From positions 32,242,001-32,306,000 of the forward strand of contig NC_087437.1 of assembly GCF_036321535.1 (NCBI RefSeq): 64,000 nucleotides of DNA, read 5' to 3'. Both the position numbers and the translations under genes were made by a program. The notes beneath the pieces are model-generated. The model saw nothing but the letters and a program-made list of their open reading frames with translations. It was not told where the DNA came from and did not search any database. Numbering within the stretch: position 1 is the stretch's first letter; each line of letters begins with the position of its first letter. The stretch comes from Camelus dromedarius (lineage: Eukaryota). Below, in pieces: positions 13,112-23,913 of this stretch.

Positions 13112-13388
13112 CAAATAATTAACAATTTTAAAAAGAGCAAATTGCAATTTTAAAGGCATTCAAAGTCAGTAAAATATTTCATGTCTGACTAAAACATTAC
13201 TTGACAAACAAAATTATTATACCTCCAGTTCACAGAACCTCCAAGTTGTTACACAGAAATGACAGACTTCAAGATGTAATTCAAAATCTTTGTTTCTTTG
13301 TTTTATAATCACTCAGAGACTATTATTTATTTTGAATCTATTGTTTAAATGCAGGAAGAGGTACCACCCGGTCTGGAGGCAAAACCCT

Positions 13389-13845
13389 TGTCAACTAAAA
13401 ATTGTCACTCACCTCTGCCTCTACAAGAATGAAGTTACATGCCACTGCAGTCGCTGACCTTCAGCACACCCTGAAAAGAGTTCAGGGCCGAGACCAGGAA
13501 TGAGACACTCCATGCTCTGGGAAAAATGAGTAGGACAGGTCTTCAGATAGATATTTTTCAGGAGAAGATTGTTATGAGCCCAATTTCTTGCACCTTCTCA
13601 TACCTAGAAAAGCACAAAAATCATTAATGGAGATATCTGCTCCTTGAGACTAGCAGCAAGTCTCTGCCTAAATGTGCGCTTGCTTGCATATATCCCCTTG
13701 GCCAAAATCACATGTATACTGACCTCTCCCTACCTCTTCAGAGCAGTTCCTCAGAGCCATCTGAGAGGCTGTTTCCCGGGCTATAGTCTTCATTTTGCCC
13801 CAGAAACTCAATTCTCATATTGTGCATTTTTTTTTTCAGTCAATG
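13389..13845 (+). mobile_element. ERV1 solo LTR, MER41-like
   Basis: TGTCAACT...AGTCAA termini; gagcagttcctcagagccatctgagaggctgtttcccgggctatagtc is characteristic of MER41-family LTRs. Confidence 0.8.
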
Positions 13846-14424
13846 CTTGTACTACCATCAACTGCTCCAGTAATTTCAAAGGTTGAGAACTTGCTCTAGA
13901 ACAAACTCCTGTGGTTGAGTCCACATAGTTTGAGGTTATAGGGAAGGCAAGGAGGAGACCCATTGTATAACTGGGAGTTCTTCAAATTAATTTCCATATA
14001 GAATACAATGATGGAGGATAAGTAATTTAAAGACTGAGATACTATGAAGCTTACATCTATATATTAGGAAAACTCAATAGGAACCACAATAGTTCTCCAG
14101 AACTTAGATGAATAAGGGATTTGGGGGGGGGGGAGACACTGACATTGTTTAGATACATTATTGGCCTGTGTTGATGATAAAAAGCAAATCAACTTTAGTC
14201 AGCTTTATTACTGTTTTTAAATCCTCTGCAGATAATACACCTCCCTACTGCCTAAGCCTGGCAGGCTCTCTCTGTTCCACACATGACACACCATGGGTCT
14301 CTTTGACCTATGAATTTGCAGAATCCACCTGGTACTGCCCTTTCACACAATAGGTACGTAATTATTTGTGGACTTAACAATGCTGATAACACCACATTTC
14401 CCCATGCACATTATTTTTAAAATG

Positions 14425-14550
14425 CCCAAGGACAAGTATTATTACCTACCTTTAACCGTCAAGTTTTGAGACATCATATAACCTGTTCAAAATCACACGG
14501 CTTATTAGAGGCAGAGCTGGGATTCAAACCCAGGGCTCCCTGGCTCCTAT
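14425..14550 (-). mobile_element. MIR fragment
   Basis: aacctgttcaaaatcacacgg...gcagagctgggattcaaacccagg. Confidence 0.75.
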
Positions 14551-14629
14551 GCAGTCAGCACAAGGCCATGTACACAGCTTCTCATCTGTGCCATAATTTG
14601 CTGACACCTGACTACTGACTTTAAAATTT

Positions 14630-15110
14630 ATAATGCATAATTAATGAAGTAACCTTTGTGGGTACTATTCAAGCTTGTTTTCATCCTAAATGCAAGCTGC
14701 AAAAATATTTGGCACTGGTGACTGTCACATTCATTAGGCGCCTTAAACCCATCTGCAGCTCTATTGATATTCATCAGCCCTGCTAAATCATTTACACCAT
14801 CAGGAAATTAGTCTAGAATGACACTCCCTTTCAGCGGAAGGAACCAGGACAATCCAGAGAGGCAAGGAGCTGAGCTCTGATGGGAGGTGAATAATAGCAG
14901 GTAACTGCTCCAGGCCCCTCTGCCAGGGGGCCCTGGGAACCACTGTCATCCATAGGTTGGAGAAATAAAAACCCAGTCGCAGTGGGATTTTCATTCATAT
15001 GGCAACACAATCCAGCGCCTGGCAAGTCACCGAGCCAGCACGGCCAACCATCTGTTTCAAAGCTTCCTGCATTTCCCCATTCATGTAGCCATTTAATCTG
15101 CCCTTGGCAG
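14630..15110. promoter_or_regulatory. Candidate enhancer (POU/SOX/bHLH motifs)
   Basis: ATGCATAATTAATGA 14633-14647, CCTTTGT 14653, CCATCTG 14749 and 15048, in unique sequence; motif evidence only. Confidence 0.35.
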
Positions 15111-15267
15111 GACTGGAAATAAAATTGGGGGATTTGCTGAGAAATGCACAGCTCAGAGAAGCCCTGACTGCGATGAACTCAGGCCCGGCACACCAGGACC
15201 ACTACAAGAAGCAGCACAGAGGCCCTGCTGGCCCCCTGCTTTTTCTAATCAGAAATTATCCCATAAG

Positions 15268-15286
15268 ATGTCACTAGGGGGAGCCC
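15268..15286 (+). promoter_or_regulatory. Candidate CTCF site
   Basis: atgTCACTAGGGGGAGCcc, close to core CCACTAGGGGGAGC. Confidence 0.4.
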
Positions 15287-15363
15287 CCACAGGACACAGC
15301 TGGTCTGCAACTGCACCCAAGAGATGGTTCCTGGAACTTCACAGAACTTTCTGATTCAGGACT

Positions 15364-15364
15364 T

Positions 15365-15419
<55 letters not shown>

Positions 15420-15469
15420 TTCATTCATTCATTCATTCATTCATTCATTCATTCATTCATTCATTCATT
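15364..15469. repeat. Compound microsatellite (TTTA)n(TTCA)n
   Basis: Directly visible, about 14 plus 12 uninterrupted units. Confidence 0.98.
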
Positions 15470-15809
15470 TCTGTTGTGGTGATTGGGAGGGTAAGGGAGA
15501 TTTGAACCTTTTCTTGCTCTGGCTAAAAGTGGCACCAAGAAGCAGAAGCAACTTGAAAGACTGAGTTATCTTACCATATCTTCTAATTGAGGGCTCAAGA
15601 GTTAAGGGAACACCAGGTTAGAAATTTAGAGTATAACATTTATCTGATAATTTCCACTCATCAAACTTTTTTTAACAAAAACTTTAAAAAATTAAAATAT
15701 GTCTAGAAATGCTTAGTTACCATTACATTTTCTTCTAGGAGCCCAAACCCTCATGTTTCGTACATAATTATAAATCAAAAGATTCAACTTTTTATAAATT
15801 CTCTAAAGT

Positions 15810-15972
15810 CACCAGCTCCCAGACACTGAGGAGCAGCCCAGCAACCTATGGGGCCTTTAAGAAATATACAGAAATGGACCCGTGAATTTGAGATGAGGTC
15901 TGAGAAGATATATTAGAAAAATACACAAACTAGGTGATTCTAATATCAGTCAGGTTTCAGAACAACTGCTTA
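15810..15972. mobile_element. MER5-like MITE
   Basis: aggtgattctaatatcagtcaggtttcagaacaactgc end. Confidence 0.6.
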
Positions 15973-16131
15973 GAAACAGCCCCCATAACACGATTTTGTC
16001 CACCTAAACCATCAGGGGCTCTGAATTCCAGTCTGCTGATGACAAATAAATGAGGCCCTTGGTTCTCTGAATGAGGTGTTCATCCCTGGATCTCTATTTC
16101 CCAGGCCTGCCTGATTTGCAAATTATCTGGG

Positions 16132-16301
16132 CATTGGTCATACTTGACCACTCATTGCCATCACCTGGAGCTCTTTAAAAAGCCCCCATGCCCGGGAGTC
16201 ACACCTAGTGGCTCTGATTTTGTTGGTCTGGGCTGGGCCGTGGGCATTGAGATACTTGAAAGTTCCCGTGACTCTAATGTACAGCAGTTTGAGAGCCATT
16301 G
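16132..16301. mobile_element. MER5A-like MITE
   Basis: atcacctggagctctttaaaa...tctgattttgttggtctggg...gtgactctaatgtacagcagtttgagagccattg. Confidence 0.8.
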
Positions 16302-16302
16302 A

Positions 16303-16405
16303 CCAAGGGAGTCTGTTACAGCACAGATGCCCAGGCCTCCAGATCAACCCACTGAATCAATACCTTTAGGGCAGAATCCAGGGCATCTGAATTGTTAACA
16401 TGTAC
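16303..16405. mobile_element. MER5-like fragment
   Basis: cagatgcccaggcctcc...actgaatcaatacctttaggg...gcatctgaattgttaaca. Confidence 0.65.
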
Positions 16406-17111
16406 AACGAGGGGGCCTTTTGGCCTGGTAAGTCTGTGAATGGAAAGGACCTCACATTTGTTTAGCAATAGACTGTGGCCTCCCCTGTCCAGTCATTTTG
16501 CTAGAGCTGCGGCTGCGGCTGCCATTGGTCCACTGGAGCAGAGATGTGCAGAGTGGCAGTGAGGTCCGGGGCCAAGCCCAAGGCTCCCTCCCTCCCTCTG
16601 CCGCCCATCCACATACATGTGGATGCTTCTATAAATCACTTCTGATATGTGGTTCGTATTCAGGAAGTGTTCTGACTGCTTACCCCTGTAATGATGGAGT
16701 GGAGGAAAGGTCTAATTTTGGAATGACTGTGGCTTAGGCAGCGCCGTGTTCCCTGCAAGTCTGAATTTCCTCAACACAGTGGCTCCACCGCCCTGCCTGC
16801 TCACCACAATTACACGGGCCGTTGGAGGCACGCTATCCATCACAGCAAATTACTGGTGTGATCTGCTCGAGAACAAGGCTGGACGGCCTTGCTGATGGCA
16901 ATCTTTGCAGAACCTTCTCCATAACCAAGACAAAGGCCAGGTGGGAGGAAGAGCTTTGCAGGCCAAGGCTACTGAATCAATTAACAAGATCTCTGCCTGA
17001 CTTAGAGCCTGAGAGACAGGGGTTGTGAAAGCTACTAGTACACAGATAGCATTATACCAGGGTGCACGTTCTTGTCCCCTTGGCTTTGCTGGTGCAGTAC
17101 AGTCAGGAAAG

Positions 17112-17320
17112 GGAATTAGCATTTGTGAAGCCCTTTACTAGGGCCACACTCTGCTAGGCCTTCATGTGCATTATTTCAGGAAATTTATTCAATAGCCCCA
17201 TGAGGCACCATTTCTCTCATTTTCTAGGAAAAGAAACTGAAGCTCATTTATCTAGGATCACACAGGTAGAGGCAGAACAAGGTTTAAGCCCAGACTGCTC
17301 TGGCTTCAAAGCTCTTGTTG
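17112..17320 (-). mobile_element. MIR SINE
   Basis: agccccatgagg...cattttctaggaaaagaaactgaagctc...gatcacacagg...ccagactgctctggcttcaaagc. Confidence 0.8.
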
Positions 17321-17784
17321 TCCTCCCCAGTTATCTTAGGCCAGGTGGAATTACATACACCCTGGGATCCACTTCCTCAGAGATCAGCTTGTGGAGAGCT
17401 GGGGAGGCCAGGCAGCTGATGGATCAGCATGATAACCTGTGAATGGGTTGCTGGGTTACCGTCCCAGAAGGACAGGACAGGAAGTGGAACTCCATCCTCC
17501 TTTGCTTGAACACAGACACTGGCTCTTCCAATCCAGGGCCCTTGGTTTGATAAACTGGCAATGGGACAGCCATCCTGAGCCCTTCTCCAGAAGTGTCTCC
17601 CCAGCTCTCAAAGACCTTCTTTTTCAGGTGCTGGAGTCTTTGCAAATCTCAGCAGCCAGTGTGTTAGGACTCCTGACATCATCCTTGGGTTCCTGGTTCT
17701 ACATCTTCTGGAAAGTACCCTGTGAGTCTAACCTTTGGCGATCTGTAGGCTGGGGGGTCTGTAATAAGAGAAAGGTCAATCAGC

Positions 17785-18200
17785 TTTGACCTAGGTGGGG
17801 GCCCTGCAGAAGCCAACCATGAGTTGTAGGTCTGAGTGCAGGAAGTTCATTTGGGAGGTGGCTCCAGAAGCACTGGTAGAAGAGCCAGAAAGAGAGACAG
17901 AAAGGAAGAGAGAGAAGCCCATAAAGGGTGCATTGTTAGTGGTTACTGGTGCTCATTCGGGGACCTGGGGTCAGTACAGGAGAGAACACAAACCTTTGGT
18001 TCATTACCTGCCCCAGCCAGGTAGGAGAGAGCTGAGGTATTGATCCTCCAGCTCCAACCCATCACTGGCTGAGTGTTGTACCCCGGGTGAGGGGAGAACT
18101 AACTTCCTGCATGACAGGGGCCCTGGGCTGAGAGAAGCCGCTCAGCTGTTGGTGTTTCCTGGCCAGGGAATGAGTAATAGAGGAGACAGAAATGAGGCCC
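17785..18200 (-). mobile_element. ERVL solo LTR (LTR16-like)
   Basis: cagaagccaaccatgag...tgagtgcaggaagttcatttgggaggtggctccagaagcactgg matches the recalled LTR16 pattern. Confidence 0.7.
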
Positions 18201-18321
18201 TCAAAATATCTGTGACAAACCCCAAATATGCTCATAGCTGGAGAGAGTTTTGTCATTCTGTGGCCCTGAAGACACTATCATGAAGATATCTGAGCTATGT
18301 GATGTGAACCCACTGTACGCC

Positions 18322-18476
18322 TAGGAGTGACATGAAATATATAGCTCCCAGTTAAATCTGAATTTCAGACGAGTCATTTTTAATAATGAGAAGGGCCCGT
18401 GCAATTATTTGTCGTTCATCTGAAATTCAGATTTAACTGGATGTCCTGTATATGTATTTGCTGAATCTGGCAATGC
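18322..18476. mobile_element. MER53 palindromic hAT MITE (centre shortened)
   Basis: Inverted arms ccagttaaatctgaatttcaga / tctgaaattcagatttaactgg, then tgtcctgta...atctggcaa. Confidence 0.85.
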
Positions 18477-18761
18477 CCCCTATGCCTCCTCTCCGAGTCA
18501 GGGGTGGGTGTGGGGAAAGGCCACTCAGGTCTCCAGCCCTGGTGTCTCTGACACAAAGCAGAGGCTGTAAGACTCAAGGCAGCAGGGACATTCCTCAGTT
18601 CTGTGAGGAGCTGGGAGTGTCTAAAGGTAAGAGAATGAGGTTTTGAAGGGAGAAAGATACTGATCTTTGGAAATAGAAAGAGAGGAATCACAGAGTTGTA
18701 GAACCTAGGAATAAGCTTTGTAGCTCATGGTACCGCTTATTATTCTTTTTAGAATTCACAT

Positions 18762-18950
18762 TCAACTAACAGTTCTTGAATACCTACTATGTACAAGGTT
18801 CTTCCCAAGGATCTTGTCAGCTCACCTTTACAACCATGCTCATTTTACACTTGAGAAAAATGGAGTCTCCCAGAGGACTGCAGTGTCCAATGTGGACCAA
18901 TTCGCAGTTGAACCCAGATTTCCAGTCCCAAGTCCCAGGATCCTCTCTGC
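18762..18950 (-). mobile_element. MIR SINE
   Basis: ttgaatacctactatgtacaagg...cattttacacttgagaaaaatggagtctc...gaacccagatttcc. Confidence 0.7.
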
Positions 18951-19846
18951 TGCCTCACAGCTGTTGGTAATGAGGGCATATCTGACCACACATCCTACAC
19001 TGCCCACGGCTGTTTATGTCAAGCCTAAGGTGGAGGCTTAGCTCAGACAGTAGGATTGCAGGCCCCTTGTGCAAAACTGTATTACAGGCAGCTTTCAGCC
19101 CACTAAGTGGTTATCATCAAGACCATCCCACAAACACCATAATGTAGGTGAACTGTATTCCTCCTATTAATAAGCAACCCAAATTCCTTTGAAAACATTG
19201 GCTCTAGGAGAGACACACCCTGAATTTGAACTTTCTCATCCCACAAGGCAGACTCATCCAGGGATTCTCACAGGGAAGGGCTGAGGAAGAGGGGACATGC
19301 CTGGTTAAAGGCTCCTGCAAGCAGGGCTGGAGGGTGTGGGGCGAGGGGCCAGGAGGCGGTGGCCTGGGCAGGGAGGTTAGAGACTCCAGACACATAGCCC
19401 CTGTGCGATGAGGCCTGGAGGAAATGCAGACCTGATGTCCAGGCTCTACTAGTAACAAGGAGGATGCCTCCGCTGTGGGCCTTGGGGTCCTCATCTGTAA
19501 CCTTCAGAATTCTATGGCTTTCCATGGGAAGAAAAAGGGAGAGGGGGCTGAGACAGTTGAGGGTCCCTCTAGCAGTGGTTTGTTCTGGCAAAGAATAGAG
19601 GGACAGACATTTCCAGAAAAGGAAGAGGGGGTGCATGGCCTTGCAGCAGCTGCTGGGCATGCTGCAGCCTGACCCACCCTGTGAAGAGGAGGCAGGAATG
19701 CTGATTTGGAAAAGCAGAGGCCGTTTTTATGGCTCATTCCCAGGTGAATGCTTTTCACCTAGAAATTTGCAGTGACTGACTGGATTGAATATTAAGGGTT
19801 GTTCCTGGATCCTGAATAAACAGATGGGCTCAAGGAGCCTGATGTC

Positions 19847-19873
<27 letters not shown>
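19847..19873. repeat. Poly(A) run
   Basis: 27 consecutive A. Confidence 0.95.
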
Positions 19874-19877
<4 letters not shown>

Positions 19878-21659
19878 CAACCATTCCTAGCACCCTAAAC
19901 CAAATTCTGAAATGAACAAACCAGTCAATGATGGGATGCCTAATGGGGACAGGGACAGCCCTGTGTCAGGTATTGAATTCAGAGAGTCACTTTACATCAG
20001 AAAAGGATGAGTCATGAGCTCAGCCTTCCAAGAAGGTTTGCGAGGAGGGAGAATGTAATTATCTAATGCAATGGCAGCTTCAATGAAGGATGACAAGGGA
20101 GTGGTCAATAAAAGAAAGATACCCAAGCATGATTAAGGCCCCAAATGTAAAAACAATAGTGATCATTCTCTAGAGAGTCACAACAAAGCTCCTTCTAGGG
20201 GAGCTGAAGTGAACAGCCCCTAGGCCTCTCTTTCTCACTCTCTTGTCTGAGACCCCCATGGACCCACCAAGAAGGAAGCTGCAATGAGTTTTTAAATCCA
20301 ATATCAGGTTTGCAGGAAGGAGAGACTGGCTCAAAGTTACGGGATTCAGGGGCCAAAGATTCTGGCTTTCACAAGTCAGGTAAAATATTTATCCTGAAGG
20401 AGGAGGTAGCACCAGATGTCTTTCTTCTCGAGGGTAATCCAGGTAAGGCTGATGACAGCTTCCTGTTCCATAAGGCGTCCTTGAGGGAGGACAGAAAATG
20501 AAAGGGAGGTCTGCCAATCTTCCTGGCACCCTCCCAGTTCTGAGACTCAGAAAACAGGCTTATTGCAAAGTAGATCAGCACCTGTGAAGGAGCAGGAGTC
20601 ACAGGAGCTTAGAGATGTATCCCAGCCCTGGCTGCTCAGGGACAGGCTGCTGTGGCTCTTTTTTGCCTGTTACAGGCCAGGGACTCATGCCTCTTCTGTT
20701 CTGGTGCTATAAGGACCAATGATGCACCAAGGGGTCTGCTCCCTCACCTGTTGGGGGCTCAGAGTGTGGACTGTTTCCTGTACAGCCTGGGCCAGGAAGC
20801 GAGGGCTGCTGCAAAGTCAGTGGGAAGGACCCTGGGACACTCACTGCGCCAGTCCCTGCCTCCTTCCTCCATGAAGTAAAGCAGGCCAGCAGGCGCTGGG
20901 TGGACACTGAGCTGTGGTAGGCTGTGGAAGGACTGTGGCTATTTTGGTGAGGGGGGATCTGAATCCCCCTCACTGAGGCAGGCATGAGTTCTTTTGCTAG
21001 TGAGTGGGCCCAGCTGGCTGCCCGGCATCCCGTCTGGTTTGCCTTCCCTGCTGAGGTGTAGGGCAGGCAGTAGGTAAATGTCTATCCAGGAATGTGCCAT
21101 GTTCTGAGCTAGTGCCCCTCAGGCCAAGTGTCTGCTGCAATGTTCCCTAAAGATTCTAAGACTGAGACCCATTTCCCACCATTTCAGGGGGCCTAGCGAA
21201 GGCTGTGTTCTCAGCTGCCATCAAAAGCTCCTGGCACCACCCTCTATGTATTATTGTAAGTCTGAGACACAGATTTGGGAAAAAAAAATGTTCCTTATTT
21301 GATAAAGATGTGGATGATGACGATAATTGTCCTTGAAAACAATCTTCCAGAGTCATAGGTTTATTTTTTTCTGTGGTTTGGGGATCAAACAGAGGGAAAG
21401 ACATCCATCTAATAGCTGCCCCCTCAGGGAGTCAGCCTCGCCCACTCTGTCGTCCAGAAGCCTGTGAGCGTCAGAGCAGGGGAGCCAAGGGGCAGCTCCC
21501 GGTTCCGGGGGAGCCAGTTCTCTTGACTGTGCTTTCCTTTCCCACAGTCCCAAATCTGGCCTCCCGAGTTATCAGTGAGGGAAAAGGACTGGGAATAAAA
21601 CTAAAACCGACCCTAGGACCATGTATGTTGTTTGCTATTCTAAGACTGAAACTGAATTT

Positions 21660-21800
21660 TAGACTGCAAGGACCCCCAGACCCCATCATTATGCAGATGA
21701 GGATCAGGATGGGGGAATGTCTCCCCAAGGGGTACCACAAGCACTGGCAGTGCCCAGGGGCCCTACGCCTTATCCCAACTCTGTGTCCAGTGGCCTTTCC
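21660..21800 (-). mobile_element. MIR fragment
   Basis: cccatcattatgcagatgagga...ccccaaggggtaccaca. Confidence 0.5.
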
Positions 21801-22604
21801 ATGGCTATACCACGTGGCTCTCTTATTTGATTCTATTATAAGGAATCAGGAAGAGGAGGGATTTAAGATAATCACTGACTGTCCTTTTTTTTTTTTTTTT
21901 TAAAGATCTAGAATCCAAACATTCTGAAGTGGGGAATTGACACTCTTTCCAAATGAAAACTGACCATTCCATAGATGTGAAAATGGATATTTTGGCTTTA
22001 AGTATTTTCTACCCCAATCCCACTCGTGAGCCACACTGAAATCATTGAACAACTACCTAAGCATTTTAAGAAACCCTCTCAAAAGACTCCTCCCTCTATC
22101 CTATAGCCATATTGGGGAGGGAGGAGACCAATAGAGATAAGAGGATGGTTGGGCAGCTGGGAGGGGAGAGAGCTCCGGGACTGGCCACTCCTGAAGCCCC
22201 TCTCCATCTCTCATGAGGAGACTTGTCCTATCAGCCATGTCTTAGGCTCACCCACCAATCACAAGCATGGGGAAAGGAAAGGAGGGGTCTCCTGAGACAG
22301 GCTGTCCTCAGACCAGGAACTGGCTGCATACTGTGATCCTCACTGCATTTGGAAAGATCAGCCTGGTGCTGTACAACCCTTCATCCGAACTTGGTCTCTG
22401 GGAAGGACTTTGAGCTACACGGTCTTAGAGGGAATGAACTTGGAATTTTCATTGAATTTCTCTTGTGGAGCATTGGGCAGTGCGCATGTGAGTTCAGCTG
22501 CTGGTGATGGGGACTCCCACTGCTCCATCTGAGTAAAAGCCACACTTCAGAGGAGAAAGAGCAGGGAGTAATGGTGTCTACATCCCTGAGTCACCACCAG
22601 ATCA

Positions 22605-22800
22605 GCCTGTCATGTGGACGCCATAACTGCCACCTGACTGGTCTCCCATCCCCCGACTTTCCTCTCTCTGTCCTTACACAAGGGCCGATTTTGTCTTAAC
22701 CCAGTCCAAAGACTTCAGGGGTGGATCTCCACTGCTCATCAATTCAAACAAACTCTCACCTCTGAATTACAGGATCTCCATCCCACAGGCTCACCACTCC
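22605..22800 (+). mobile_element. L2 fragment
   Basis: ccacctgactggtctccc...ccaaagacttcagg...aattcaaac..actc. Confidence 0.5.
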
Positions 22801-23004
22801 CTCCCTCCACAGATCTGCCCTCCTGCCAAGCCATATTTCTCTGAGTTTCCTAAGCTTATGCTTTCTCTCTTGAGCTTTCTCACCCCCTGTTTTTTCAGCT
22901 CTCTGTGCCCCACTGCCTGTGTCAGTTGTGGAGAATACAGGGAACCACAGCTTTCCAAAGTAAAGCCCAGACCTGTCCCACCTGGTGGTGGAATCAGCAT
23001 TCCT

Positions 23005-23225
23005 AGGATCACAGAGCGATCTAGACTCAAACTTGTCATTGCCACTTATAAGCCAGATGACCTCTGGCAAGTAACTGACTGATTCTGAGCCCCAGTTTCC
23101 ACTTCTGTTAACACAGGTAACATCCTGCATTTCAGGGCTGAAGTCAGGGCTGGAGGAGACTATGTACACAGACCATGAGCACAGGGCCTGGCCCCCACTG
23201 CTCAGTTAACCCTGGCCACTGGCAG
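23005..23225 (+). mobile_element. MIR SINE
   Basis: gccacttataagc...gacctctggcaagtaact...tctgagccccagtttccacttctgttaa. Confidence 0.7.
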
Positions 23226-23804
23226 CTCAGTGAAGGGAGAAGATGGAGCCACATCTCAAGCTCTAGGAGCCCCAGTTTACCTGGATGGGGCAAAGCACTG
23301 CCTTGTTTGCACGTAGTGCCTCTCTGCTGTGAAGGTCTCAAGCTCCAGGGGCCCAGACCTACCTGGTCCCCTTCCACCCAGCACTCCCCAGCAAGCTCTC
23401 CCCTGCAAAACGAGCACTATAAGGTGCATTATATTCCCACTGGACAGTCCTTTGCATGGCTTTAAGGGGCAGGAGATCACTCTTCTCCTGATACCCTATA
23501 ATAAGAAATGATATACTTTGATAGTTCTTTGATTTGATGGGTCCTTAGTACACATGAGCTAGAATTTGGGAGAACATGACTATAATTTGGGGCTTGTGGT
23601 TAAGTACAACTCAGATGCTGGATGTAATTCACCACCAGCCTGTCCTCTTGGGTCTTCCACGTGTCCCCTTCATTCTTTCATGAAGGCTTTTTAAGGATGT
23701 TCTATTTATCTCTTTTCATCTCCTGAATTTAGGCAAAGAATAATTTCACTATAAAAATTGCTCTAAGAACCTCTAATTTGATTTGTGTCTTTGGGCTCAC
23801 CTAA

Positions 23805-23912
23805 AACCAAACCCTTACTCTACAGATGAGAAAAATTAAGGTCCAAAGAGATTAAGTAACACACCCAGGTAATTACAGAGGGCAGGTGGCAGATCCAGAT
23901 GAGAGAGCAGGC
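23805..23912 (-). mobile_element. MIR fragment, cut by a hAT insertion
   Basis: tacagatgagaaaaattaaggtccaaagagattaagtaac. Confidence 0.75.
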
Positions 23913-23913
23913 C

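Larger units (their letters stand above)
12571..13897. mobile_element. Old hAT-Charlie-like DNA transposon hosting L1 and LTR insertions
   Basis: End ggttgagaacttgctctag and subterminal gtaccac/gtactacca motifs split by the LTR; AT-rich interior; left end uncertain. Confidence 0.4.

Noticed and set aside
20007..20015. Perfect AP-1 palindrome ATGAGTCAT (other TGA(C/G)TCA sites at 1067, 6380, 22587, 55234)
   Set aside because: A 7-bp motif is expected several times in 64 kb, and there is no clustering.
21373..21903. 176-aa ORF
   Set aside because: Non-ATG start, runs through a MIR fragment and ends in a poly-T run; no protein resemblance.
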